Assembly (NCBI GenBank): GCA_964400745.1
Contig: CAYNVY010000002.1
Span: forward strand, 5,195 to 69,194
Direction of reading: 5' to 3'
From: an uncultured Enterobacteriaceae bacterium
GTDB lineage: Bacteria > Pseudomonadota > Gammaproteobacteria > Burkholderiales > SG8-39
DNA length: 64,000 nucleotides
Made by a program: the position numbers and the translations under genes. The notes beneath the pieces were generated by a model, which was not told the origin of the DNA, did not search any database, and worked only from the letters and a program-made list of their open reading frames with translations. The stretch's first letter is position 1, and every line of letters begins with the position of its first letter. Positions 8,727-16,687 of this stretch are shown piece after piece.

Positions 8727-8910
8727 ATTGCGTCGCGGGCACTCAGCGCGACTTCGACCGAATACCCCACCGCACTAGAGTTCCTATCCAGATTCAGAAA
8801 AGGGCTGGCAACAACGGCTCAACACAAACATACCCGAGTTCCGATCCGTGGAACCCCTCTAGACTTGGCGGACTTGCCATAAAGCCAGCGAAATGTTGCG
8901 CCGGCAAAGC

Positions 8911-8951
8911 ACAAAAACAAAAAATCCTTGGCTAGTATCGCCAAGGATTTT
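8911..8951 (-). terminator. Rho-independent terminator after the yjbE-like gene
   Basis: 12-bp stem AAAATCCTTGGC/GCCAAGGATTTT (8921-8951) followed on the minus strand by a T-rich tract, 17 nt after the stop codon. Confidence 0.85.
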
Positions 8952-8968
8952 CTGGAAGAAATGACTGC

Positions 8969-9235
8969 TTACTTTGTACCGGTTGTGCCTGTCGTTCCAG
9001 CCGCAGCCGGAGTCGTGACTGCATCATCAGTGGAAGAAGATACCGCAGCCGCTACCGCAACTACCGCGACTGCCGCTGCAACCATCCCTGCCGTAATTCC
9101 GCCAACCGCAGCCGCGGATGCACCACCTGCGCCAGCACCACCAGCACCACCAGCACCACCCTGTCCTTGTTGTTGCGCCAATGCGCTACCTGCAACGAAC
9201 ATGGACGCAACCAAAACAGCTAGCGCTTTTTTCAT
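8969..9235 (-). CDS. Small secreted Gly/Ala/Thr-rich YjbE/GfcA-like protein
   Basis: 88 aa. Signal peptide ending SALA-Q, Gly-rich linker, hydrophobic segment and Thr-rich tail. Strong AGGAGA RBS. First gene of a yjbEFGH-like order. Confidence 0.8.
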   Translation of the reverse strand: MKKALAVLVASMFVAGSALAQQQGQGGAGGAGGAGAGGASAAAVGGITAGMVAAAVAVVAVAAAVSSSTDDAVTTPAAAGTTGTTGTK

Positions 9236-9302
9236 TTTATCTCTCCTGTTTATATCTAAGCAAAAACCGAATTTGAACGGCAAATTCAAATAGCGGAAGG
9301 GT

Positions 9303-9401
9303 CATTATCCACAAAAATCGGAAAGTTGCAAGCCAGGCAGAACCGCCCGAAACGCACTATCTAATTTGCATTATCCACAAGAAATTAGAATGTTGCAAGC
9401 C
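9303..9401 (-). promoter_or_regulatory. Tandem direct repeat; each copy is a TTGCAA-N16/17-GATAAT promoter-like element containing a perfect DnaA box
   Basis: Copies at 9303-9334 and 9369-9401. TTATCCACA at 9305-9313 and 9371-9379. Confidence 0.6.
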
Positions 9402-9465
9402 CGCAACAGACCATATTTCGGTAATTTTTGGGGTTTGTCGCGTAAAAACAACAAAGAAAACACCA

Positions 9466-9492
9466 AGAACATATAGAACATATAGAACATAC
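9466..9492. repeat. 9-bp tandem repeat, 3 copies
   Basis: AGAACATAT AGAACATAT AGAACATAC. Confidence 0.9.
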
Positions 9493-9565
9493 ACCGCAGG
9501 CTTGAGCGATAAGTGAGGGAAAGAAATCACGCCAATAGGTGCTTCTTGACCTTCCAATGCTGAGC

Positions 9566-10243
9566 CTACGCAAGCCCGAAGAATGGAAAAACAAGTATCG
9601 CATACATATACGCCACGAATTCACCGACCAACGTACGCACGCCCTGACTAGAATTCCACCAACATGTCGGATCATAGCTTCTATCTTCTACGGCGATGAT
9701 ACCCACTTGCGGACTTTCGCCAAATGCCCTCTGGAAAAGTAGCCTCGACCGTCTGGCGTGAACCCCGATGGACACAACATCAACGCCCTTGTGGATTGCA
9801 CCGTCTTGATACAACGAGGCTCTTAGGGCTAGTGCTGAAGCATATGTCCGATCGCGCCTCACCGACGGTGAGGGTACGGCTTGGACTACATCTTTACTCA
9901 TACCCATTCGCATCAATTTAGTAGCGCCTAATACAGCATACGTCCCGTATTCACGCATATCCTCTTCACTATCAGTGGGCCCCCCAGTAACGTAGAGCTT
10001 TTCGTAACGATGCTGCATGAATTCGTCTCTTGCAACTCTCAACACATATTCAGGCACCCATCCTTCAACCACCAATACCCCTGTTCGAACAGGATGGCTA
10101 ACAGCGAAAAACTGATGCGCTGTCAAAACTAAGATAGACAACAGCGCAACGCTCAGGATTGAGAAAAGGAAGACACCTCTAAGCGTAGGGATAGGAACTT
10201 CACGGTACCGAACCAGCCCCCAAAACGCCTTTTGGACTTTCAT
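9566..10243 (-). CDS. ElyC/SanA/YdcF (DUF218) family membrane protein
   Basis: N-terminal TM segment, VLVVEGW, YVTGG, RTYASA, HARRSRLLF and a C-terminal LVGEFVAY helix. Confidence 0.8.
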   Translation of the reverse strand: MKVQKAFWGLVRYREVPIPTLRGVFLFSILSVALLSILVLTAHQFFAVSHPVRTGVLVVEGWVPEYVLRVARDEFMQHRYEKLYVTGGPTDSEEDMREYGTYAVLGATKLMRMGMSKDVVQAVPSPSVRRDRTYASALALRASLYQDGAIHKGVDVVSIGVHARRSRLLFQRAFGESPQVGIIAVEDRSYDPTCWWNSSQGVRTLVGEFVAYMYAILVFPFFGLA

Positions 10244-10413
10244 CTTGACAGTAGATCTAGTCTAGGCCAACTGGTCAAGGTAGTACTGATGAATGTTCGA
10301 TCCAGAGTGCGGTATCATTTGCATATCTTCTTCACATATCACCATGTTTGCATCATGCCAAGCTAACTTGCATGGCTGCAATTCCTCAGTCAGATTCACT
10401 CTTAACACAAGCA

Positions 10414-11730
10414 ATGAAATTTAACACGTCCAATATGACTAAAAGACTAGCCCGCCTAGCATTGATACTCTTGATCGTCGGCTCCGTCACCGGCATCGGA
10501 CAACTCTTACGCAACGAGACTTACTACCCGCTTGTAGTCGTTGATGCCGCCGACAACCTTACGCTAACCTTTCTGCAACGGCCGACACCAGACAGCAACG
10601 CATGTTCGGTCCTGGCTGCCAATATTGCGAGTCTGATGCACGCAAACTGCCCTGGGTGCACGGTGACGAGGCAGCAGTGCACAGCGGATTTGACAACTGA
10701 TCTGACCGAGCTTCTTTCCGAAAGGCCTGTACCTTTGCCTTCTGCACGCATACTCAATGGTGTTATTGCGTATGCCCACCCCGATCCGAAGACCGCACTT
10801 GCGATCTGCCTAGAAAGCCAGCGACAATCTATTGCAAGCGAAAAGCAGGCCCAAGTTCTCTGCGATCCCGCCAATACGCCACGACCGCTTCCTTCGTCCT
10901 ACAACAAAACTGCCGAAGCAACACAAGCTGCGTTCCATTATTTTGCACAGTTCGTTTCCGTGTTTGCAGCTTGCCTTGGCATCTACCTTATCATTCAGTT
11001 CTTTTCTGTCCGCAATCCCACTGACACCCTCGGCACACCTGCTGCCACAGTAGTCGATCTCAAGATAACAAATCTCATCAAGCGCATTGCAGACATCCTG
11101 ATATCGCTCCTATTGCTTTCTGCTTTAATACCGATTCTCGTCCTCGTCTCTGCGCTCATTTTTGTCTTGGAAGGTTACCCCATCTTTTATGTTTCGAAGC
11201 GGTTCATTTCCTTGGATCAGTGCGTATCGATATTGAAATTCAGGACCATGGTCAAAGATGCCACCTCGCCCAAGTATCGCTTGCGCGAGCGCTTTATGAG
11301 AGACGGCTATCTCGACATCCCGCTGAATTGCGAGGTATATACCCCAATCGGAAGGTTCTTGGAGAGAACGCAACTCGTCGAAGTTCTCCAATTATTCAAT
11401 ATCCTCTTCCACGGGATGAGTCTGATAGGAAACCGCCCCCTTCCTCGCGAGAACATCATGCTGCTAAAGCAATTCCCCGGTTGGGAAGGCCGATTCTTCA
11501 GTCCCGCAGGCTTAACCGGATTGTCACAAGTCGTCGGGAAGTTGAACCAGACACCACTGCAGCGCATGGAACTGGAATGCCTGTATTCGAGCACTTACAA
11601 GGAAAAGGGTGGAAACATACTCCTGTGCGATTTATTTATTGCCTATTTTACCGTCAGGCTCCTATTTTTCGGAAAACCACTCTCGTTCGACGGAGCCAAA
11701 CGTCTGATAATGTCTGCAAACGGCAAGTGA
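10414..11730 (+). CDS. Sugar-transferase (monotopic PGT, Bac_transf) homolog with an N-terminal Cys-rich periplasmic domain and a degenerate catalytic dyad
   Basis: IKRIADILIS, LKFRTM, TPIGRFL, GMSLIGNRP, GLTGLSQV. The canonical LDELPQ reads LVEVLQ. Start uncertain (10369, 10414 or 10435). Confidence 0.8.
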   Translation: MKFNTSNMTKRLARLALILLIVGSVTGIGQLLRNETYYPLVVVDAADNLTLTFLQRPTPDSNACSVLAANIASLMHANCPGCTVTRQQCTADLTTDLTELLSERPVPLPSARILNGVIAYAHPDPKTALAICLESQRQSIASEKQAQVLCDPANTPRPLPSSYNKTAEATQAAFHYFAQFVSVFAACLGIYLIIQFFSVRNPTDTLGTPAATVVDLKITNLIKRIADILISLLLLSALIPILVLVSALIFVLEGYPIFYVSKRFISLDQCVSILKFRTMVKDATSPKYRLRERFMRDGYLDIPLNCEVYTPIGRFLERTQLVEVLQLFNILFHGMSLIGNRPLPRENIMLLKQFPGWEGRFFSPAGLTGLSQVVGKLNQTPLQRMELECLYSSTYKEKGGNILLCDLFIAYFTVRLLFFGKPLSFDGAKRLIMSANGK

Positions 11731-11785
11731 ACAAATGCATAACTGGTAAAACTCTACTCACCGTGGGAAACTCCCTCTAAGCAGC

Positions 11786-12499
11786 ATGCACATTCTCATT
11801 CTTGGCGCATCATCGTTGGTCGGGACCGCATTGGCCCAAGCATTTGCACCTAAGAATGCTTTGACTCTTGTTGGTCGAAATGCCGCCAACTTGGCAGACG
11901 CCGCCCAGAAATGCGGCGCTTCCGGTGCTGCGCTTGTCGATTGCGTTTCACAGGACTTTTCACTGAACGTGGATTGTGTGTTGCAGGCCATCGAGGGGAT
12001 TCGAATCGACTTGCTCATCGACGCTGCATCTGCGACTTCTGGCAAGAGGGATTCTGAAATTCAATCAAACGAAATGGCCGACCTCGTATCCGCGGACTTC
12101 TCGTCCAGAACAAAGATAATTGACCATATCCTCCGTAATCAGACGGACGCTCCGGCGGTAATCCTTATATCCACAATACTCACGCTGGTAAAGAGCCCGG
12201 GACGATCGGTTTACACTGCGCTCAAGGTTTTGTACGAAACCTATCTGAAGAAGATACGTGACAAGCGCCCAGAATTTAACCTGCTAGTGGTCTATGTCGG
12301 AACAGTCATTGACGCGAAGAACGAATCGGACAAACCAAAGAAGCTCGCGTCGGCCGTTTTCGACGCCTTTGCTAGAAATAGGCGAAGACTATTTTATGGC
12401 GTAAGCGGCATGCTCTTTCTCGGATTGTTCTACTTTCAGCCGATTGCTTTCTATTTGGTAACTCTGGCACAGCGCAAGATCAGACAACGATCCGGTTGA
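11786..12499 (+). CDS. SDR-family NAD(P)-dependent oxidoreductase
   Basis: ILILGASSLVG Rossmann motif and YTALK (YxxxK). Confidence 0.75.
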   Translation: MHILILGASSLVGTALAQAFAPKNALTLVGRNAANLADAAQKCGASGAALVDCVSQDFSLNVDCVLQAIEGIRIDLLIDAASATSGKRDSEIQSNEMADLVSADFSSRTKIIDHILRNQTDAPAVILISTILTLVKSPGRSVYTALKVLYETYLKKIRDKRPEFNLLVVYVGTVIDAKNESDKPKKLASAVFDAFARNRRRLFYGVSGMLFLGLFYFQPIAFYLVTLAQRKIRQRSG

Positions 12500-12573
12500 A
12501 CCCGCTAGGCACTAGGAGCCAGGAGCTAAATCCTAGATCCGAATCGGCATGACGTCGTAATAGGTATATTGGC

Positions 12574-13815
12574 TCAATCAGGGAATATCTGGCGGTAGAA
12601 CGCATCAAGTATTTTGCGTTTGGCCATATGTTCGACAACGTAGATGCGGCCCATCCGCGCCATCTCACCGCGCCTCGATGGATCAACGGACAATTCCTGA
12701 ATCGCCTTTTCCAGAAGATTCTCGTCGCGTGGAATGCAAATGCCCGCGCCCGATACGGACATCACACGGTCAATCGAACTGCCCACCGGTGCCGTAATGA
12801 CCAATGGCCTCGAACATGCCATGATGTTGAACATCTTTCCAGGCATGACCAAGTCGCTTACTTCGTCCCGCTGAACAATGACATGCAGATCAATCGCCGA
12901 GAGCAAGGCTGGCAAATCATCTTCGGATTGAAGTGGTGCCAATGTTACGTTGCTAAGATTGAGTTCGCGCACCAGTTGCTCTATGGCCGACTTGGCCGGA
13001 CCATCACCGCAAATGAGAAAGTGCGTGTCATCGCGCGCCTTCCCATGAAAGCGGCGGGCCATTTCTACCAAGATCTCGATACCCTGCTTTCGAGCAAGAT
13101 TACCGGAATAGCCAACGATGAATCTGTCCGCTGGCAAACCTAGCCGATTGCGCATCGTCAAACTAATTTCAGGCGCTTTTTCGACTAGCCGGTCTACATC
13201 CACCCAGTCAGGGAAAAGTTCGCAGCGCGCCCGGCTCAATCCCTTTCGCTTGAGACGCTGTACCATCGCAGCGCTGACGCCTGTAACCAGATGGGCGCGA
13301 TCAAGCAAGAAACGTTCTACCCAATAGAGAAGGCGAAGAATCTTACCGAATCGGATTATGCCAAGGGTTTCTGCAATGTCCACTTGCAGATCCTTGACCA
13401 TCACTACCTTGCGCGCATTCCGCATCGGCAGAAGAAGTACTGAACAAAGAATCAGGGGCGGCGCCGTTATCAATATTGCGTCGGCGCCGGCGAGTGCAAT
13501 ATGGCGCAAAACCAATGGTAGGGAAAAGAGAAAGAACAGAATCTCGGAGATGATGCGCTGTCCGAAACCTGGTCCGCGCGGAACGTAGGTTGGTACCCGC
13601 CAGATGTTGACGCCATTGCGCTGCTCTCGCGAATACGAGCGATACGCATAGCCGGGAAATCTCTTCCAAGTTGGATAGAGCGGCGCGGACGTTAGGACGT
13701 CTACCTGGTGGCCATCGGCAGCGAAGCTTTCTGCCATTTCAGTCGTATATCGGGGGATCCCGATCGGCTCTGGAAAGTAATAACTTCCGTAGACGAGAAT
13801 GCGCTTTACGCTCAT
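12574..13815 (-). CDS. WcaI-like GT4 glycosyltransferase
   Basis: YYFPEPIGIPRYTTEMA, WRVPTYVP, YSGNLARKQG, LVMPGKMFNIMA. Confidence 0.88.
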   Translation of the reverse strand: MSVKRILVYGSYYFPEPIGIPRYTTEMAESFAADGHQVDVLTSAPLYPTWKRFPGYAYRSYSREQRNGVNIWRVPTYVPRGPGFGQRIISEILFFLFSLPLVLRHIALAGADAILITAPPLILCSVLLLPMRNARKVVMVKDLQVDIAETLGIIRFGKILRLLYWVERFLLDRAHLVTGVSAAMVQRLKRKGLSRARCELFPDWVDVDRLVEKAPEISLTMRNRLGLPADRFIVGYSGNLARKQGIEILVEMARRFHGKARDDTHFLICGDGPAKSAIEQLVRELNLSNVTLAPLQSEDDLPALLSAIDLHVIVQRDEVSDLVMPGKMFNIMACSRPLVITAPVGSSIDRVMSVSGAGICIPRDENLLEKAIQELSVDPSRRGEMARMGRIYVVEHMAKRKILDAFYRQIFPD

Positions 13816-13929
13816 TTGGCGACGCTCCTTACGCCGTATATTCCGGCGTTCCTAAGTTATTCGGGCTTGCCAATTCTGAAAACCCGATGTCGCTGACCAT
13901 TGAATCGTCCAGAGGCCACAGCGGTGCGA

Positions 13930-14682
13930 TTACGAAGGCATCTTTCTGCACTCGGCTCGCTGAAAAAGGGCATCCATCTCGATAATTTCGCCCGTCAAAG
14001 GTGAAACGTGGAAGTTCAATGGGCGGATGAACTTGAATCCTGCCTGCAGCATCAATTCTGAAATACCTTGGAAATCCATTTCCCCATCGTACAAATCGGC
14101 AAACGTAACTTCCATCAATACCCACTCGACTTGGCGCAAGAAATCAGCACCACCGCGAATAACTTTGTCCTCGGCCCCTTGCACGTCGATCTTGACCAAA
14201 ACCGGTTCGTCGAGCTTTCGATTTCGGAAAAGTGCGTCAAGCGTGCTGATCGGCACTTTGATTTCTTCCACAACAGTTGATTGCGGGAACGCCGAAATAC
14301 GATCTTGGCCAAGCGTGAGCATCGAACTGACTTGCGAGTCCTTGTTACGGTGAAACACAGCTTCGCCAACGTAGTCGCCTACCGCCGTAACCAGCACGTC
14401 AACACCTTCGGACTTCAGGTTCGCGCGCAGTCGCACCGCAGTTCTGGCATCCGGTTCGATTGAGACAATCTTTGCACCTTCAAATAGCCTGGATGCCGCG
14501 ACGGCGAATTGACCGACGTTCGCGCCAATGTCCACTACCGTCTTTGGAAGGATACCGGCGTGCTTCAATCGTGTGACAATCAAGAACGATGCAATTGAGA
14601 ATTTCGGCCATCCTACAAGACCCTTGATCGCGCCATCAATTTCCAGCACGGCCAGAAGCGATCGAATTCTTGACAGCAACAT
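13930..14682 (-). CDS. FkbM-family methyltransferase
   Basis: VVDIGANVGQF, SIEPD, STLD, LVKIDVQGAE. Confidence 0.9.
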   Translation of the reverse strand: MLLSRIRSLLAVLEIDGAIKGLVGWPKFSIASFLIVTRLKHAGILPKTVVDIGANVGQFAVAASRLFEGAKIVSIEPDARTAVRLRANLKSEGVDVLVTAVGDYVGEAVFHRNKDSQVSSMLTLGQDRISAFPQSTVVEEIKVPISTLDALFRNRKLDEPVLVKIDVQGAEDKVIRGGADFLRQVEWVLMEVTFADLYDGEMDFQGISELMLQAGFKFIRPLNFHVSPLTGEIIEMDALFQRAECRKMPS

Positions 14683-14685
14683 TTC

Positions 14686-15534
14686 CTAGCCCTTTGCTTT
14701 CACTGGCAGAGGGCGGAGACCTTCGCTAACAAGGCGGATGCCCTCTGCCAACCCGATTCGGGGGCGCCAGAATTGCAGGATTGCAGGGTCGGCTTCGTTT
14801 CGCTTATCCCTTTGCAGGTCATCCACTTCCTTGGCTGGATTAATTCGCGTCCCAGGGTAGATTTCCGAAACGATCGTCGCCACCTCGAGAATTGAGTTCC
14901 AAATGAAATTGGTAACGTGCAATTCGATCGTGCGAGGGATCGCTTCATAGCGCTCGGATAAAATGTCCAGGCAGGCTGAGCAATCGTCGGCATGCAGGAA
15001 CTGCCGCACCTCGGTTCCGTCTGTCATCATATTGATTTCCCGCGCATCGCGTGCCTTTAGTAGAAAGTCGGTAATCACATGCGACTTGTTCATGTCGTGC
15101 TCAACACCGTACACATTCCAAAACTTAACCACCAGTCCTCCGAGCGCCCGGGTATATGACTCACCCAGGGCCTTAAGAATGCCATAAGGCGAGTACGACA
15201 TATTGGACATCTGGCTCGAAGCGAAGATGAAAGGCTTCTTCGTTTCCTTCAGCATTTTGAATGTGTACTCCATCAATCTTGTATTGTTTGAGAGAAATTC
15301 CTGCTGATGCTGATAAGTCTTCAGATAGCGCGAACCGCCTACGTCGAACGCTAGAAAATGCACGAAGTCCGCCTGCTCCATCCGGTTTCGAAGAAGCTGG
15401 TTTTCGGGAAGCCGCAAGTCCTCTTCCGGTGTATTCTCAAGATCGAAGTCCAGTACAGTCGCGCCCTTCTTTCTGCAGTAACTGGCGAGAGCCATACCGA
15501 TTTGCCCGGATGATCCAAGAATCAAGTGCTTCAT
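14686..15534 (-). CDS. NAD-dependent epimerase/dehydratase (extended SDR)
   Basis: LILGSSGQIG, YGILK, FWNVYG, RQFLHADD. Start moved to MKHLILG. Confidence 0.85.
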   Translation of the reverse strand: MKHLILGSSGQIGMALASYCRKKGATVLDFDLENTPEEDLRLPENQLLRNRMEQADFVHFLAFDVGGSRYLKTYQHQQEFLSNNTRLMEYTFKMLKETKKPFIFASSQMSNMSYSPYGILKALGESYTRALGGLVVKFWNVYGVEHDMNKSHVITDFLLKARDAREINMMTDGTEVRQFLHADDCSACLDILSERYEAIPRTIELHVTNFIWNSILEVATIVSEIYPGTRINPAKEVDDLQRDKRNEADPAILQFWRPRIGLAEGIRLVSEGLRPLPVKAKG

Positions 15535-15687
15535 ATTTTGATCTTCTATGATGGTGGTTGTTACATCAATATCGCAACAGCGCTTCCGCCACGACACGGA
15601 CAAGAGCGATCGTGAACTCTCTTCATCCGCATAGCGTGCAGAATCCGAATGACTCCGGATGGCCCATTGGCAGCTATTCCAGCCCCG

Positions 15688-16671
15688 CTACTTGAATTTA
15701 CCTTGGGACGCCATGACTTGCGCTTCAATCCAGGTATATGTACGCCGAATGCCATCTTCTAGCTTTTGGGTAGGCCGCCATTTGAGCTTTTCCTGGATTA
15801 GCTTGTTGTCGGAGTTGCGTCCCCGCACCCCAAGCGGTCCCGAGATGTTCTTGCGTTGAATATTCTTGCCAGCAATACGAGCAACCATTGCTACTAGATT
15901 GTTGATGCTGATCATCTCGTCCGAGCCTATATTGACAGGGCCACTGAAGTCTGAACGCATCAACCTAGTGGTTCCCTCAAGGCACTCGTCAACGTATAAG
16001 AACGAACGCGTCTGAAGTCCATCGCCCCAAACCTCGATCTCTCCTCCATCCGGAACCATCGCGACTTTTCGGCACATGGCCGCCGGTGCCTTTTCTCTCC
16101 CCCCCTGCCAGGTTCCTTGAGGTCCGAAAATGTTGTGGTAGCGGGCAACGCGGGACTGGAAACCGTGATTCCGAGCGTACGCGAAATAAAGGCGCTCGCT
16201 GAAAAGCTTCTCCCATCCATACTCGCTGTCCGGATTGGCTGGATAGGCGCTGTTCTCTGCGCAGTTTGGATTGTCCAGGTCCAACTGGTTGTGCTCCGGA
16301 TACATGCACGCAGAAGACGAGTAGAAGATTCTCTTGCTGTTACGGCGCATACATGCCTCCAGCACATTGAGATTTATGAGCGCCGAGTTATGCATGATAT
16401 CGGCGTCGTTCTCGCCAGTAAATATGAAGCCGGCCCCGCCCATGTCTGCTGCAAACTGATAGATTTCATCAAATTTCTGGTCTATCGCTTCGCGGCAAAT
16501 GATTGGATCACGCAAATTGCCCTGAATGAAATCATCCGCCAGGGTGGTGGAAAATTCCGGATACTTCAGGTCAACGGCACGCACCCAGTAGCCCTCGCTT
16601 TTCAGCCGGGCCACCATATGTCCACCGATAAATCCACCGCCACCCAATACCAATGCTCTCTTTAGCGCCAT
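15688..16671 (-). CDS. GDP-mannose 3,5-epimerase-like extended SDR
   Basis: GGGGFIG, AADMGGAGFI, YSSSACMYP, AYPANPDSEYGWEK and GGREKAPAAMCRKV match GME-family motifs as I recall them. Confidence 0.85.
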   Translation of the reverse strand: MALKRALVLGGGGFIGGHMVARLKSEGYWVRAVDLKYPEFSTTLADDFIQGNLRDPIICREAIDQKFDEIYQFAADMGGAGFIFTGENDADIMHNSALINLNVLEACMRRNSKRIFYSSSACMYPEHNQLDLDNPNCAENSAYPANPDSEYGWEKLFSERLYFAYARNHGFQSRVARYHNIFGPQGTWQGGREKAPAAMCRKVAMVPDGGEIEVWGDGLQTRSFLYVDECLEGTTRLMRSDFSGPVNIGSDEMISINNLVAMVARIAGKNIQRKNISGPLGVRGRNSDNKLIQEKLKWRPTQKLEDGIRRTYTWIEAQVMASQGKFK

Positions 16672-16687
16672 CTCAATTCCTCAAAGG

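Noticed and set aside
9305..9379. Replication origin suggested by DnaA boxes
   Set aside because: Only two boxes, no dnaA/gidA/rep gene nearby, and the boxes sit inside promoter-like repeats.
9303..9401. Mini CRISPR array (32-33-bp repeats with a 34-bp spacer)
   Set aside because: Only two imperfect, non-palindromic copies and no cas genes; the duplicated-promoter reading fits better.
10245..10250. Perfect TTGACA -35 box
   Set aside because: No plausible -10 hexamer at 16-18 nt spacing.
14379..14386. ops/JUMPstart element GGCGGTAG
   Set aside because: It lies inside the FkbM coding sequence without the rest of the consensus; the true leader would be beyond the right edge.
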